From Schmidtea polychroa (taxonomy: Eukaryota): 64,000 nucleotides of DNA. The notes under the pieces were generated by a model, which saw nothing but the letters and a program-made list of their open reading frames with translations, did no database searches and was not told the origin of the DNA. Within the stretch, counting starts at the first letter, position 1. Each line of letters starts with the position of its first letter. Below, piece after piece: positions 1 to 11,132 of the stretch. The stretch lies in NCBI GenBank assembly GCA_044892525.1, contig CM097886.1:92752001-92816000 (forward strand), in the 5' to 3' direction. Position numbers and translations under genes: made by a program.

Positions 1-2772
1 TTGGGAACAGCAGGAAGAATTTACGAACCAAACTCATTGCTACCTTTGTAAAAAGATTATCAATATACCTGTTCGAGATCATGATCATTTTACTGGTCAA
101 TATCTCGGAGCAGCGTGTCAAGATTGTAATTTGGCTAGAAGAATCAATCCGTCTTTACCTGTTGTATTTCATAATCTTCGTGGATATGACATTCATCATA
201 TATTAAAATATGCAATTGGAAAATTCTCCGATTGGAATTTAATTGTTATTCCTCAATCAACAGAAAAGTTTCTCACACTTACAGCGACATCGAAAGGCAG
301 AAGAATTAGATTCATTGATTCTTTACAATTTTTAAATAGCAGCTTGGCAAATTTATCAAAAAACTTGCCACGTCTTCCACTTACTTCAAAGATTTTCAAT
401 TCGCATCTAATAACTGGTAAAGGCATATTTCCTTATGATATTGCTACGTCAATGGATGTTTTACAGTCAATAACAGAATTACCATCGATTTGGGAGGGAG
501 TTAGTCAAGAAGATTATATACATGCAAATCAAATCTGGCGACAATACAACTGTGAGACACTGCTAGATTACATGCTCGTATATTTCAAGTTGGATGTTTC
601 TCTGTTGGCCGATGTTTTTGAAGCTTTCAGAGAAAAAACATTTGACGAAGATGGACTTGAGGCTCTATCGTTTGTTTCCATACCCGGATTAAGTTGGGCA
701 TCAGCTATTAAACAGTTACCTGAACCGGTAGAACTTATTCAAGATCCAGAGCTTTACCGTTTATTTGAAGCTGGTATTCGTGGTGGAATGACATTTATCA
801 ACAAACATCATGTTGAAGCTGATGAATCAACACAAATGTCATACCTAGATGTTAATAATTTATATGGATGGGCGCTGTCGCAAAAACTTCCTGTTGGTGA
901 ATTTAGATGGATAAATGATCAGACTGAAATGAATGGTATTGTTGAAAGATGTGCAAATGGGGATGAGTTTGATGGAGATCGTGGATATGTTCTAGAGGTT
1001 GACATCGTCATTCCTGATAGTATACAAGATAAGCTAGATGATTTACCTATAGCTCCTGAGCTTTGTTATCCACCTGGTAGTAAAGTTGAAAAGCTGTTGT
1101 TAACTCATGAGCCTAAGAAAAACTATGTAGTTAATGGTAGAGTTTTGACTGAATGGTTGAGTTATGGCGCAAAAGTCACAAAAGTTAATCGTGCTGTAGA
1201 ATTCAAGCAAGTAGCTATTTTCAAAGGCTATATTGATTACAATACTCAAATGAGAGCAGCTAGTACAGATTCATTTCAGCGAGATTATTATAAGTTAAAG
1301 AACAACAGTTTATACGGTAAAACCGTGGAAAACCTTAAGAAACGTATAAATTTGAGATTATGCAGCAAAAGCAAAAGATTGATAACTTATTGTAGTAATC
1401 CTATGTTTCGTCGTAGCATCAAGATTGCGGATGATCTCATTGCTGTTATACTTGATAAGGAAATGGTGTGTTTAGATAGACCAATGTATATTGGACAAAC
1501 CGTACTTGATTTATCTAAACTTCGCATGTACCAGTTTCAATATAAAGAACTACAGAGTTACAGAGAAGAATTCAATTGTCAAATTAATATCGTAGCCGGT
1601 GACACAGATTCCTTCTTTTTAGAGTGTAAAAATGTTGATTTACGCTTACAACTGTATCCAAAAATGATTGCCGATGGGCTCTTAGATACTTCAAATTATC
1701 CAGTGACTGATCCATTGTTCTCAGATAAAATTTGTTCGGTAATCGGGAAATTCAAGGATAAGAATAAAGGAAATCAATATAAAGAATGGGTGTTTCTTCG
1801 ACCCAACTGCTACTCACTCCAAGGCGATAAAAACACTCTAAAAGCCAAAGGAATAAGACTTACAAACTCTAATCTTACACATGAAGCCTATAAAAAAGTG
1901 TATACTGATGGTGGAACAGTGAGCATCCCACAAAAAAGAATAGGAAGTGCCAATCATCAGTTGTATACTTTCATGACCGAAAAACGAGCTCTCCAATGTT
2001 TGGATGATAAAAGGTATTGGTTCAATTCTAATAAAAGCTATGCCTACGGTCACTATAAGATTCGTCAAATGCATATTGCAACTGCTATGTCTAGAAATGA
2101 ATGCAAATCGAAACAAGCACTTTAACAATTAAATTTATGTGAATAATAAATATATATTGTGAATTATTTGACTTAGTTAATTAAAATGTGTTTTATCATT
2201 TAATTATTCATTTGTCCAATTAATTTAGATAATTAGTTTCAAGTAAGAAATATTATTTTCGTGTTTATTTTATTTATTTATTTATTTTTTCCGAAATATT
2301 AATATCCGGTTTATCTAAAATTAAATCATCGTTTTATTTTATAATAAATTAAATAATTTCTAATTAAAATTTTATTCGAATTGAATAATTACTAATTAAA
2401 ATTTTATTCAAATTGAAATATTATTGTTATAATTTACGTTCTTGTTAGAATATAATGTAAATGTAAAATTAGAAAAAATAAATAAATAAAATAAATAATA
2501 ATAATAATAATAATTAAATAACGTTAGTAATTAAAACAAAATATTAAAAAACAAATTAATTAATTAAATGTAATAAATTAAAAATTAACTAAAGTAAGTA
2601 ATTAAAAATATAACATCATAAAATAATTAATTAATAAAATTATAAAGAAAAAATTAAAAAGAAGTAATTAAATGAAATGTTAATTTAAAAAATAAATGAT
2701 TCGATTGGTCTATATTTGATCTTGATATTCCATGAGCTTGAAAGTGTCCTGGAGTCCTTACTATTCACTACT
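1..2772 (+). mobile_element. Right-hand portion of a Polinton/Maverick element with candidate terminus at 2772
   Basis: pPolB is followed by an AT-rich spacer and a block ending ...CTTACTATTCACTACT (2757-2772). On the minus strand this reads AGTAGTGAATAGTAAG, a Polinton-type AGTAGT terminus. The other TIR and the TSD partner lie outside the window. Confidence 0.6.
2..2125 (+). CDS. polB: Protein-primed family B DNA polymerase (Polinton/Maverick type), 5'-partial, with an EndoVII-like module upstream of ExoII
   Basis: The frame is open from base 2, before the tracked start at 131: WEQQEEFTNQTHCYLCKK...VRDHDHFTGQYLGAACQDCNL. Downstream motifs: ExoII HNLRGYD, KGIFPY, ExoIII region Y..LDVSLLADVFE, motif A YLDVNNLYG, motif B KLKNNSLYGKT, motif C GDTDS. 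Confidence 0.92.
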   Translation, partial: WEQQEEFTNQTHCYLCKKIINIPVRDHDHFTGQYLGAACQDCNLARRINPSLPVVFHNLRGYDIHHILKYAIGKFSDWNLIVIPQSTEKFLTLTATSKGRRIRFIDSLQFLNSSLANLSKNLPRLPLTSKIFNSHLITGKGIFPYDIATSMDVLQSITELPSIWEGVSQEDYIHANQIWRQYNCETLLDYMLVYFKLDVSLLADVFEAFREKTFDEDGLEALSFVSIPGLSWASAIKQLPEPVELIQDPELYRLFEAGIRGGMTFINKHHVEADESTQMSYLDVNNLYGWALSQKLPVGEFRWINDQTEMNGIVERCANGDEFDGDRGYVLEVDIVIPDSIQDKLDDLPIAPELCYPPGSKVEKLLLTHEPKKNYVVNGRVLTEWLSYGAKVTKVNRAVEFKQVAIFKGYIDYNTQMRAASTDSFQRDYYKLKNNSLYGKTVENLKKRINLRLCSKSKRLITYCSNPMFRRSIKIADDLIAVILDKEMVCLDRPMYIGQTVLDLSKLRMYQFQYKELQSYREEFNCQINIVAGDTDSFFLECKNVDLRLQLYPKMIADGLLDTSNYPVTDPLFSDKICSVIGKFKDKNKGNQYKEWVFLRPNCYSLQGDKNTLKAKGIRLTNSNLTHEAYKKVYTDGGTVSIPQKRIGSANHQLYTFMTEKRALQCLDDKRYWFNSNKSYAYGHYKIRQMHIATAMSRNECKSKQAL

Positions 2773-3611
2773 TAATTAAATAATTAAATTAAATAGTTAT
2801 GTTTCAATAATGAAAGTGTATTTATTTTTCTATTTTTTATTATTATTGCTTTTTTATTTATTCGAAAAATCTGATTCTGTATTCTTTGGTTTTTACGTGT
2901 ACCTATGTCTCTTCTTGTATTTTATTAGCTGTTGGTGCATTTTTATCTTGTTTGTTTACCACTGGGAAACAAGATATATGCGTGTCGTGTATTTTGAAAA
3001 ACATATTATTTGTATAAATCCTGAATGTCCTCGATGTTCCAGGTATCCATGAAATTATCCTAAATGCTGTACTGATAGTCACTGATCCTCTATTGGGTCT
3101 AGACTAGTAGGAGGATGCAAATTAACAAAAATGCTAATTTTTGCCACATAGAGGCCGAATTTCGTTTGAAAGAACCCACCTGTCTTTTCGGAGCACGATT
3201 TTATTGAATAAAATTTGATAATTGAAAAAGGACAACAATTAAATACATTTACTATAGTAAAACAGAAAAATAATTTTGGTAAGAAAAGTGAAATTTACTT
3301 CACACAGCAACTCCATAAAAAGAAATAAACACATGGAGCAAAACTTATACACCCAGTTCCACTGTACAACATTTACTATAATTAAAAAATTCATAAATCT
3401 TATAATATAAGTAACACAAACTTATATGTATGTAGAAAATCTTATTGCACTGGATAACACCTTTATTATAGGATTTTAAATTAGTCAGAGAAATATATCA
3501 GAGAAATACCTCAAATAAAAAACGCTATCAAACTAGCGATCAAAAAATTATTTTTTTCGATATCACCCAAATAAAGTTTTTTATAAAAAAATCTTTTAAA
3601 AAATCAATCTT

Positions 3612-4571
3612 TTAATAAATAGTTAAACAATGTTTTCTCTTTCTCTGACACCGTAATTTTGCGGGATCGATGATTGTTTGAGAAGATAACAGTTCCATAT
3701 CTTTCAGAAAAGCGTTTACTAGCAAACACGTGTCTCTGTTGCTCACACCACATCTGTCAACAGCTTTACTTAATTCAGGATAATGTCTTCTATTTTGAAA
3801 TTCATCACATTCTTCTATGCTTGACTCTGAGCTTTCTGTTGAATTGTCTAACTTATCTTTACTTTCATCACTAGCGGCTTCACTCTCCGTGTCACTTCTT
3901 GAGGTCGGATGTAGATCGTTAACTTCAGTGTCCATTATTTCATTTTTCATTTGTTTTCCTTTTCCTGTAGGGCTGCTTTTCGTTTGTTTTCTCTTCAATT
4001 TTGAGGTTTCCTGTCTGTCCGTATTTCCGATTTTCATGTTTCTGGTAGTTTGTTGGTCAATCCAGAACTCCCACTCTAAGGTAGGAATTTTCAAGGCCAA
4101 TCGGCATGTACACTGACTTCTTCCACGAGCACCATCATTAAAACATTTGCAGCAACATATGTCAAACAATTTGGAAAACGAGCTTAACTTATCTTGAAAT
4201 TTGGCAGATGACCTCTTGCATTCTGGATACTTCTCTAATTCACGCACTTTTGATATTAGTCGCTTGACACGAACCACAATACTACTGAACTCAACAGTTG
4301 GGATACTTGCCTTCATATAAATTTCCTTCACCTTATTTGCGAGAAGAGTTGCTTGTTCGTTAAAGCCAGTATGAAATTGCGTACATTTCTCATTGTAACA
4401 GTAATCACGAAACACATCTTCACAAGTAGGTAATTGGTTTCTGGGTAGTTCACAAGTTTGACCAAACAGACAATGACGTGATTTACTTCTTGTTTTGCGA
4501 AATTGCTTATTTCTCTGTCCCTTCATAACTGCTCTTCTGTACTCAGCTCTGGCAAAATAAAAGTGAATCAT
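3612..4571 (-). pseudogene. N-terminal half of a hAT-related (hATm-like) transposase, 3'-truncated
   Basis: 319-aa ORF with LPTCEDV..Y, KASIPTV, LFDICCCKC..C.C, KIP..E.EF..DQ...RNMKIG.TD and DRCGVSNRD...IID..K motifs. It stops before any catalytic DDE region. Family assignment is by recalled motif similarity. Confidence 0.6.
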
Positions 4572-5024
4572 GAAGTTAACTTTTTAATTAGGTCCAGCAA
4601 ACACTTGACATCCAGTCGAAACAAATTAAATTATCTGAGTTTAGACTGACTAGTAGTATCCATGTGGATTATGTGTTGATTGTAGTGTGTGTGTTAGTAT
4701 TGTTCAGAAGAAATTGTCTTTGTGAGTGCTTGTGTGAAGGTGCTTCCGTGAATTAACCTCTCTATACATGCACGCGTTAGCTTGGACTTGTGAATAGAGC
4801 ATGTCAAAAATGGTCTTTCGGCAAGCGTGTGACTGCTTGCAGGATGAATTTACAATGGCACGTGTGCGAGCATTTTTACTGGGATAGTACTAATACATAC
4901 AAACAAAAGTTGGGACCTGTAAACCCTTTTAAACAGCAGTCTTTTGCAGGGATATTTCATTTTCTAGCATAAGCACAACTTTTTAGGCATGTTTGGAGAA
5001 AAAACAAATTTTCGACCCACCCTA
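3612..5024 (-). mobile_element. Truncated hATm-like DNA transposon; 5' terminus at 5024
   Basis: Minus strand begins TAGGGTGGGTCGAAAA at 5024, about 450 nt upstream of the ORF. No matching right TIR was found. Confidence 0.5.
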
Positions 5025-5049
5025 TTAAACATACATGGCAATGATTTAA

Positions 5050-5800
5050 TTATAAGATAACGCCAATCAAACATTCTTTTCACGATTAATTTCGACAGTT
5101 TTCCTGTCATCATCAGGTGGGATATAATAACTCATTAAATTAAGGATTTTAAACAAATTTAATTATATATAAAAAAATTTTTTTCATTTTATAAAAAATA
5201 TATTATTTTTTTTAAATTTTAACATTTAAAATTTAATTTAATAATTTAAAATATTTTATTAATTATTTAATTTAACACAACAATCAATACATACAATACA
5301 CAAAAGCTTATTTAAAAACACTCAACACACAAGTATTTACTGCATTCTGCACATTAATTTTCGGATTCAATGATTTTATCAACAACGCCTCACAAATCAC
5401 ACGTTCCCAATAATTATCGAAGTTTTTTAATAAAATTTTAAAATCAGACATACCTATTTTAATCTTACAGCCCTTATTGTGCTCACCAATATGGGTCAAA
5501 GCCTTCGGTCTACAATGTTCTCGAGCTCGAATACAGAGATGACGGGAAGTCTCTCCAGTGCATGTGGCATTACACCCATTACATGTAAACTGATAAACGA
5601 GATCGGAACACAATTCAACCGGAGTTTTTGACTTATTAATAAACATATTGCGTACTTTCCATGAAGTTGACACTATCCTATAGTTTAAATTCCCTAACTG
5701 CTTTCTTATCTTCACTTTATAATCCTTAAAACCTTCTGTGTACGGCAATACTAACACAAATTTAGGCTCATCATCCTTGCTCACACAATTTAATTTATTT
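5050..5800 (-). mobile_element. 3' fragment of a Penelope-like retroelement (RT C-terminal end, GIY-YIG endonuclease, 3' region with hammerhead)
   Basis: ORF 5308..5895 reads LVLPY...LVYQFTCNGCNATCTGETSRHL..R..EH...NYWERVICEALLIKSLNPKINVQ, the PLE GIY-YIG pattern. YIG is mutated to CTG here; the copy near 53510 retains TAC ATT GGA. Confidence 0.85.
5081..5120 (-). ncRNA. Minimal type I hammerhead ribozyme of the Penelope-like element
   Basis: Minus strand: cCAC CUGAUGA U GACAG gaaaa CUGUC GAA AUUAAU C GUG. It has a complete core, 5-bp stem II, palindromic stem III, AUC cleavage triplet and 3-bp stem I. Confidence 0.78.
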
Positions 5801-5890
5801 AACTCATCAGACTCACACACCTCAACAAAATCACACCCAGATTTTAACTCATCAGACTCACACATCTCAACAAGATCACACCCAGATTTT
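5801..5890. repeat. Two-copy 45-bp tandem duplication
   Basis: 5801-5845 and 5846-5890 differ at 2 positions; they translate as KSGCD(L/F)VE(M/V)CESDEL twice. Confidence 0.9.
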
Positions 5891-5909
5891 CTCAAACATG
5901 GATCCTTAA

Positions 5910-6136
5910 CCCCTTAACGCACAATTTTAAAAAAACGACCAAAAAAAATCAATTTTTTTTTTAAGAAAATATATATTTGGACCAATTTCAATAAATAACA
6001 ATATAATGTAACAATAAAATAATAATATTTATTAGCTGAAAAATAATAAACTAAAACTATTCAAAAACTATCACGTCACTGCACATTTTGTCCGGTTTTG
6101 CGCGAACGTATATATACGTCAGTGCGCGTTAAGGGG
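5910..6136. mobile_element. piggyBac-type MITE (227 bp)
   Basis: TTAA|CCCCTTAACGC ... GCGTTAAGGGG|TTAA, with a subterminal palindrome ACGTATATATACGT. Confidence 0.85.
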
Positions 6137-7150
6137 TTAATCTTTTAATCATTAAAATTTGTTTACATTTACTAATAAATAATATACTTAATTCATATTT
6201 TCATATAGCAATCATACTTTAAAAACATGTATAAATAACTTTTAGTAACATAAGAATTTTTTTTCCAATTTCACCACTTATTTTTTTTTCCATTAAGTAT
6301 TTATTACAAAGGGCTTGAAGACTATAAATCAGTAAATATATCGATGTTCTTGATATTCACCAATTTTCGGCACTGCCTTTTCAAGCGAATTTGATCAAGT
6401 GAATTTAACAATATTATAATTATAATTTTTATTAAAAATAAATAATTAATTACACAAAATTAAATTGAATTAATTAACGATGTAAAATGGTTTGATAAAA
6501 CTGCCTTAAACTTATAAATTAATTGTACGCATGCGGTTTGTCAATCCAATACACACTACAAAAATGTTACTGAACGTAACCAGGTGTATTCGAATTTGTT
6601 TATTACCGACTTTTTTAATTATAAAATATGCCCTAAAGATAAATTTTAAGCATTTTATCCTATTCCACCTTTTTATGAGCAGAAGAGGACCAAAATTTGG
6701 CAATATAAGTTATAATTTATTTAATAAAATTCCAATTTAACACTTTCTTAGAAATTTAAAAAATGATGATAGATTACTAAAAATTATGGGAAATGTAGAA
6801 GAAAGCCATTGAAATATGTAAATTTAAAGTAAAATAATTTTAGGTATTCACAAATTCATTAAACAGATTGATCGAAGTCATGGAACGAAGAGAAAATTAA
6901 TACAATCATATGTACAGAAAATTTCCCAAGATTATTAGCGAATGAAAACATTTTGAAGAGCTTTAAAAATATATAAATTTAATGAAAATTATAACTTATT
7001 TTTAAATTTTCATAATAAATATGAAAATGAGTCTGGAGTTTGAATGCACGAGAGAATTTTTTTTATAAATTTTTAGTACCTGCAAGTACTTATTCGGGTC
7101 CCGATAAATCTTGTTTCCATGAATGAAATTTTTAATTTTTATATATTATT

Positions 7151-7717
7151 NNNNNNNNNNNNNNNNNNNNNNNNNNNNNNNNNNNNNNNNNNNNNNNNNN
7201 NNNNNNNNNNNNNNNNNNNNNNNNNNNNNNNNNNNNNNNNNNNNNNNNNNNNNNNNNNNNNNNNNNNNNNNNNNNNNNNNNNNNNNNNNNTTAAAACTGT
7301 ATTAAACAAATAATTATAAAAGAAAAATTATAAATTATTTTATTTTATACTAATTCATTTATGGAATTTATTTTCTTTAATTTCCGTTTTCCGATTGCAT
7401 TTTGCATCAAATTAATAATTTTGACAGATAGCTTTGTACAATTAGTAACTGTTGAGAGACTATCAAAATTATGCGACACAATATGAATCTCATCAGTAAA
7501 TATTTTTAAAATTAAATATTTTCCCCTTAAAATATTAATATANNNNNNNNNNNNNNNNNNNNNNNNNNNNNNNNNNNNNNNNNNNNNNNNNNNNNNNNNN
7601 NNNNNNNNNNNNNNNNNNNNNNNNNNNNNNNNNNNNNNNNNNNNNNNNNNNNNNNNNNNNNNNNNNNNNNNNNNNNNNNNNNNNNNNNNNNNNNNNNNNN
7701 NNNNNNNNNNNNNNNNN
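7151..7717. other. Assembly gaps (N runs 7151-7290 and 7543-7717; further gaps at 11746-11933 and 36833-36998)
   Basis: Runs of N in the sequence. Confidence 1.
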
Positions 7718-8364
7718 CTGTACGACGAAATTTGATCTTGCCAAACTCTTGTTATCTATTCTTTAATTGGAGCTTGCAACATGCAAAAAGCTGAGAATTC
7801 TGAAGGGTATGTATCGGAAGCCGTTAGACCTTTATTTTTCAACCATTTTGAAATAATTTTCAAATCAGAAAAATTTTTTTCTGAATTTTTCAACTCTTGA
7901 AACAATATCATTGTCACCAGATAACTTCAAAAAGATTTTTTCAGTTGGCCAGCAATACATACTTTCTATTAAGCCTCTTCCAATCCATCAACAATTTAGC
8001 CATCTAAACCTTCATTTAACACTTCCCACAATGATGAATGGTCAGTGTGACTTATTTGCTTCCTCTGAATTTTCCATTGTGGGTGTGTAACGGTTCCTAA
8101 AATGTTTACATAGTAGTATTACATCTTTAGATGGTCTTCTTTCCTCAATTTCATGTAAAACCGCTTGATAGTAATGATTTCGACCGTTCAGAAATGAGTT
8201 GATGTTAATGTTGTAGTAGATTACGAAACAAAGTCGTCAAAGGCCCGTGTGTGAGCTCTTCCAAATGAAGAATGTCATTGTCAGATGTGAAATGCCAATT
8301 CTGGTGGTCTATTAAATCAACAACTACTATCTGACTCCAAGACTGTTTTATTCAACAAAAATAG

Positions 8365-9230
8365 CGAATTCCGAACAATATAACTTTATTGAATACCACA
8401 AATGACGATTACAATAATACCTGCTACTAAATGCAACTTTAACGTATTAAGGTGCTCATTGCAACACTTCTGAAGGCATAGCACATTGGGAACACTTTAA
8501 TTATATGACAACTTAACTGCTGCTAGTGGTTGACACCTCGCACAATTTATCCGGTTGCTTTCCTGCCTTGACTTAGGACTTTAACAATTTCCGTTAGTTA
8601 GTTTGATTATCATTGGTTTATTGATTTAACAATAATATTCCTTTTCTATTTCTCTTTGGTTGTTTAGTTTTATCTTTTATTAAACATTGTTTTAAATTCA
8701 CCTCTATTCTTTTCGAATTTTAAATATTCCGTTTTTTATAATCTCCTCTCTAATTTCGCTTCTCCAATAAATTTTCTTCTGTCTTTTGTAATTAGTGTCT
8801 TCCTTCTATACCTAACCATTTCCTGACATTTGTAGATTATTATCTTGTTTTTCAGCAAATTCTTTTGGACATTCCTAATTTCTGCATTATCTCTGACATC
8901 TGTCAAGATATATCATTTTATTTCGTTTTCTTCCTTTTTGTTTTTCAGACTGTTCCAGTGATTTAATCGTTATGTCATGTATATTCTTAAGATAAGGGAT
9001 TTCCATTCCAAAATTATTTTTGTCTTCATTTTCATTTGCTCTTATTAATTAAAAATTATCTTATCACGTTTCATTCTTCGATTTCATTGATTTTTTGTTA
9101 TATCATTTTCGTTTTGCAATTACTTGGCTTCATTCATCTTTTCCGAATTTGAGAGCATGACATCATTTATTGTGGCGATTTTCCCCCGATCATTTTTATT
9201 CATTTTCAAACATTATTTAACTTTTGGATA
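8365..9230. repeat. Dispersed repeat, copy 1 (diverged copy 2 at ~24510-25200)
   Basis: Colinear shared blocks such as CGAATTCCGAACAATATAACT and TTTCCTGCCTTGACTTAGGACTTTAACAATTTCCG. Degenerate coding-like composition on the minus strand. Confidence 0.85.
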
Positions 9231-10019
9231 AGTTTCAGATACGCTTCCTATAATATAAGAAAAAAATCAATAATCTTACATTATAGAAACATAAATACTT
9301 ACTTACATAAAGAGTCAAAACAGAAGCTCTGACTGATTAAATTATCGAGATAATTAAGTTTTCGGGAAATTAAGTTATCAACTTTACAAAATCTCTCTTG
9401 CTCTCTCTTTTCAAGTTGATACTGAAAAGTAATTTTCGATAATAAAGTAGCAATATACGCCTCAATGCGTTTTTTGTGAAAATTCGTAGGTTTTGGGTCA
9501 CATGGTTCCCACAACCACCTCCAGTTCGGGTTTGGTCCCAACTCACCTTTATATCTTTCTAATCATCTCAGAATGATTTTGGAATCAGCTATTTCTATTA
9601 TAAAGGTACGCCGTTGTCAACAAGCAAGTATATATTGTTGGGATATTTAAATATTTGTTGATAGAATTAATTCTCGATCCAACTCCTTGTGCTCAGCAAT
9701 CAAAAGAATAAAACTCAAATCCCAACTAAATATTTATTTCCAAACTATTCAAATTAATTATAACATTACACAAATTGGGCAGATGCCCAGTGAGTATCAC
9801 TAATTTACTCTTCAACTCGTTCACTGACTTTAATTTAACAATTTTTTTAACAATTTTCTCTTTGCACTCTCTGTATTTTGCTTTCTGTATTCCTATTTCC
9901 TATTAATCTTTCCCTCGTCTTAACTTACAAACAAATTACAAATACCTATGTTAACATCCAACTTGTAAAAAACGTTGCATTTGGTGTCAGAAAATTGCCC
10001 TAGTTACTAATAATTGTTA

Positions 10020-10430
10020 GAAATATGAAAGCACAGGGCCTGTGGAAAAATCCTCGAAGTTCCGACATCTGAGCCGGCTATGGCTTTTTGGCATTCTTTG
10101 AAATATTATTTGGAACCACAAAAGAGATATTTTTAAGAATTAATCATTTGGTTAGAATTGTCCTTGTCAATAATCCCAATGTCAGTCACTATTAATTTGG
10201 CAGCACCGACACTTTGACTCTAGTAATTTGCTCTAGTAATATAATACTGTTTAATGCATCTTCTTGAAGTTCTTGACTTGAAATATCATTGTTTTGTTTC
10301 TCTACAATATCAAAATTTGAATATTCTACTGCCTGGATTAACACTGATTCTTTTGACTGAAGTTCTTTAATTGGCCTAATATTGACACTCAGGACAATTT
10401 CTTGAAAAAATGTAACCTTTGTCGCTTGTC
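10020..10430 (-). pseudogene. Possible second hATm-like transposase remnant
   Basis: A broken minus-strand frame gives ...RVKVS/VGAAKLIVTDIGIIDKDNSNQMI, resembling the DR..VS.R..A.I....L.D.GII region seen in ORF 3612..4571. Confidence 0.3.
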
Positions 10431-10773
10431 TTTTGCATATTAATTATTTTTAATTATTTTTCAAATTTAATTATTTTTCAAAAGTAAACTAAAGTAATAA
10501 AAGATTTGCCCAACTATGCCTAATAACTGCGGGTGAATTTTGCGGGTGAATTTTGCGTTTCTATTTCCCAGAATTTTAATTAATATTTAGATAAATACTA
10601 TCAGGAGATTGGCACTGATTATCAACAAATTCATTTATATACAATATTATATATTAATAGTGTAATAATTGTCTATGGTTTTGTTCAAGTTTTCATCATG
10701 ATAATCTATTTTAATTTATAATATATACACGCCTATTTTTGGTATCATTAGAATGATTATTGCTTAAATTATG

Positions 10774-10818
10774 GTTGTTGTTGTTGTTGTTGTTGTTGTT
10801 GTTATTGTTATTATTATT
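10774..10818. repeat. (GTT)n/(ATT)n microsatellite
   Basis: About ten GTT units followed by ATT units. Confidence 0.95.
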
Positions 10819-11132
10819 AATATTATTATTTTATATTTATAATAAACAATTGTTAATATCAAAATGATGACATAGCAATGTTTATAAATATGTATATATT
10901 GTTTATAAGAACAATATATTTGTAATAATAGTGGATCAACCAATGAAAATGCGCGTATGTCCAATAAAGCATTATCCATATTCAGGAAAGAGCCAATGAA
11001 AAATGAGGTTCCAGCGCAACTCGTTTCTGTTATTGGTAATTTCATCTCGATGGAATGTAATATTAATAGCATGACGTGTTTGTTGATTTTATTAAAAATT
11101 CATATAAACTATTTAAACAAATACTGTAAATA

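Noticed and set aside
2-2125. Phage, plasmid or contaminant origin of the PolB
   Set aside because: It is contiguous with eukaryotic TE-rich DNA, has a downstream AATAAA and a Polinton-like terminus, and no prokaryotic gene organisation.
1838-2128. Antisense or overlapping short ORFs (1838..2128, 3674..3874, 3817..4116, 47942..48133, 59543..59731, 61153..61353, 63001..63240, 63574..63978)
   Set aside because: Shadows of real or TE-derived ORFs on another strand or frame, with no recognisable motifs.
5801-5895. N-terminus of ORF 5308..5895 as a real start of a stand-alone nuclease gene
   Set aside because: It starts at a non-ATG codon within a 45-bp duplication beside a MITE, and the YIG motif is mutated. 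It is a truncated PLE fragment.
7119-7744. ORFs 7119..7313, 7123..7305, 7535..7744 (also 11694..11945, 11740..11958, 36799..37017, 36802..37056)
   Set aside because: Artefacts of translating through N gaps.
9299-9541. ORF GPNPNWRWLWEPCDPK... as a host exon
   Set aside because: No ATG, no recognisable family and no convincing splice partners.
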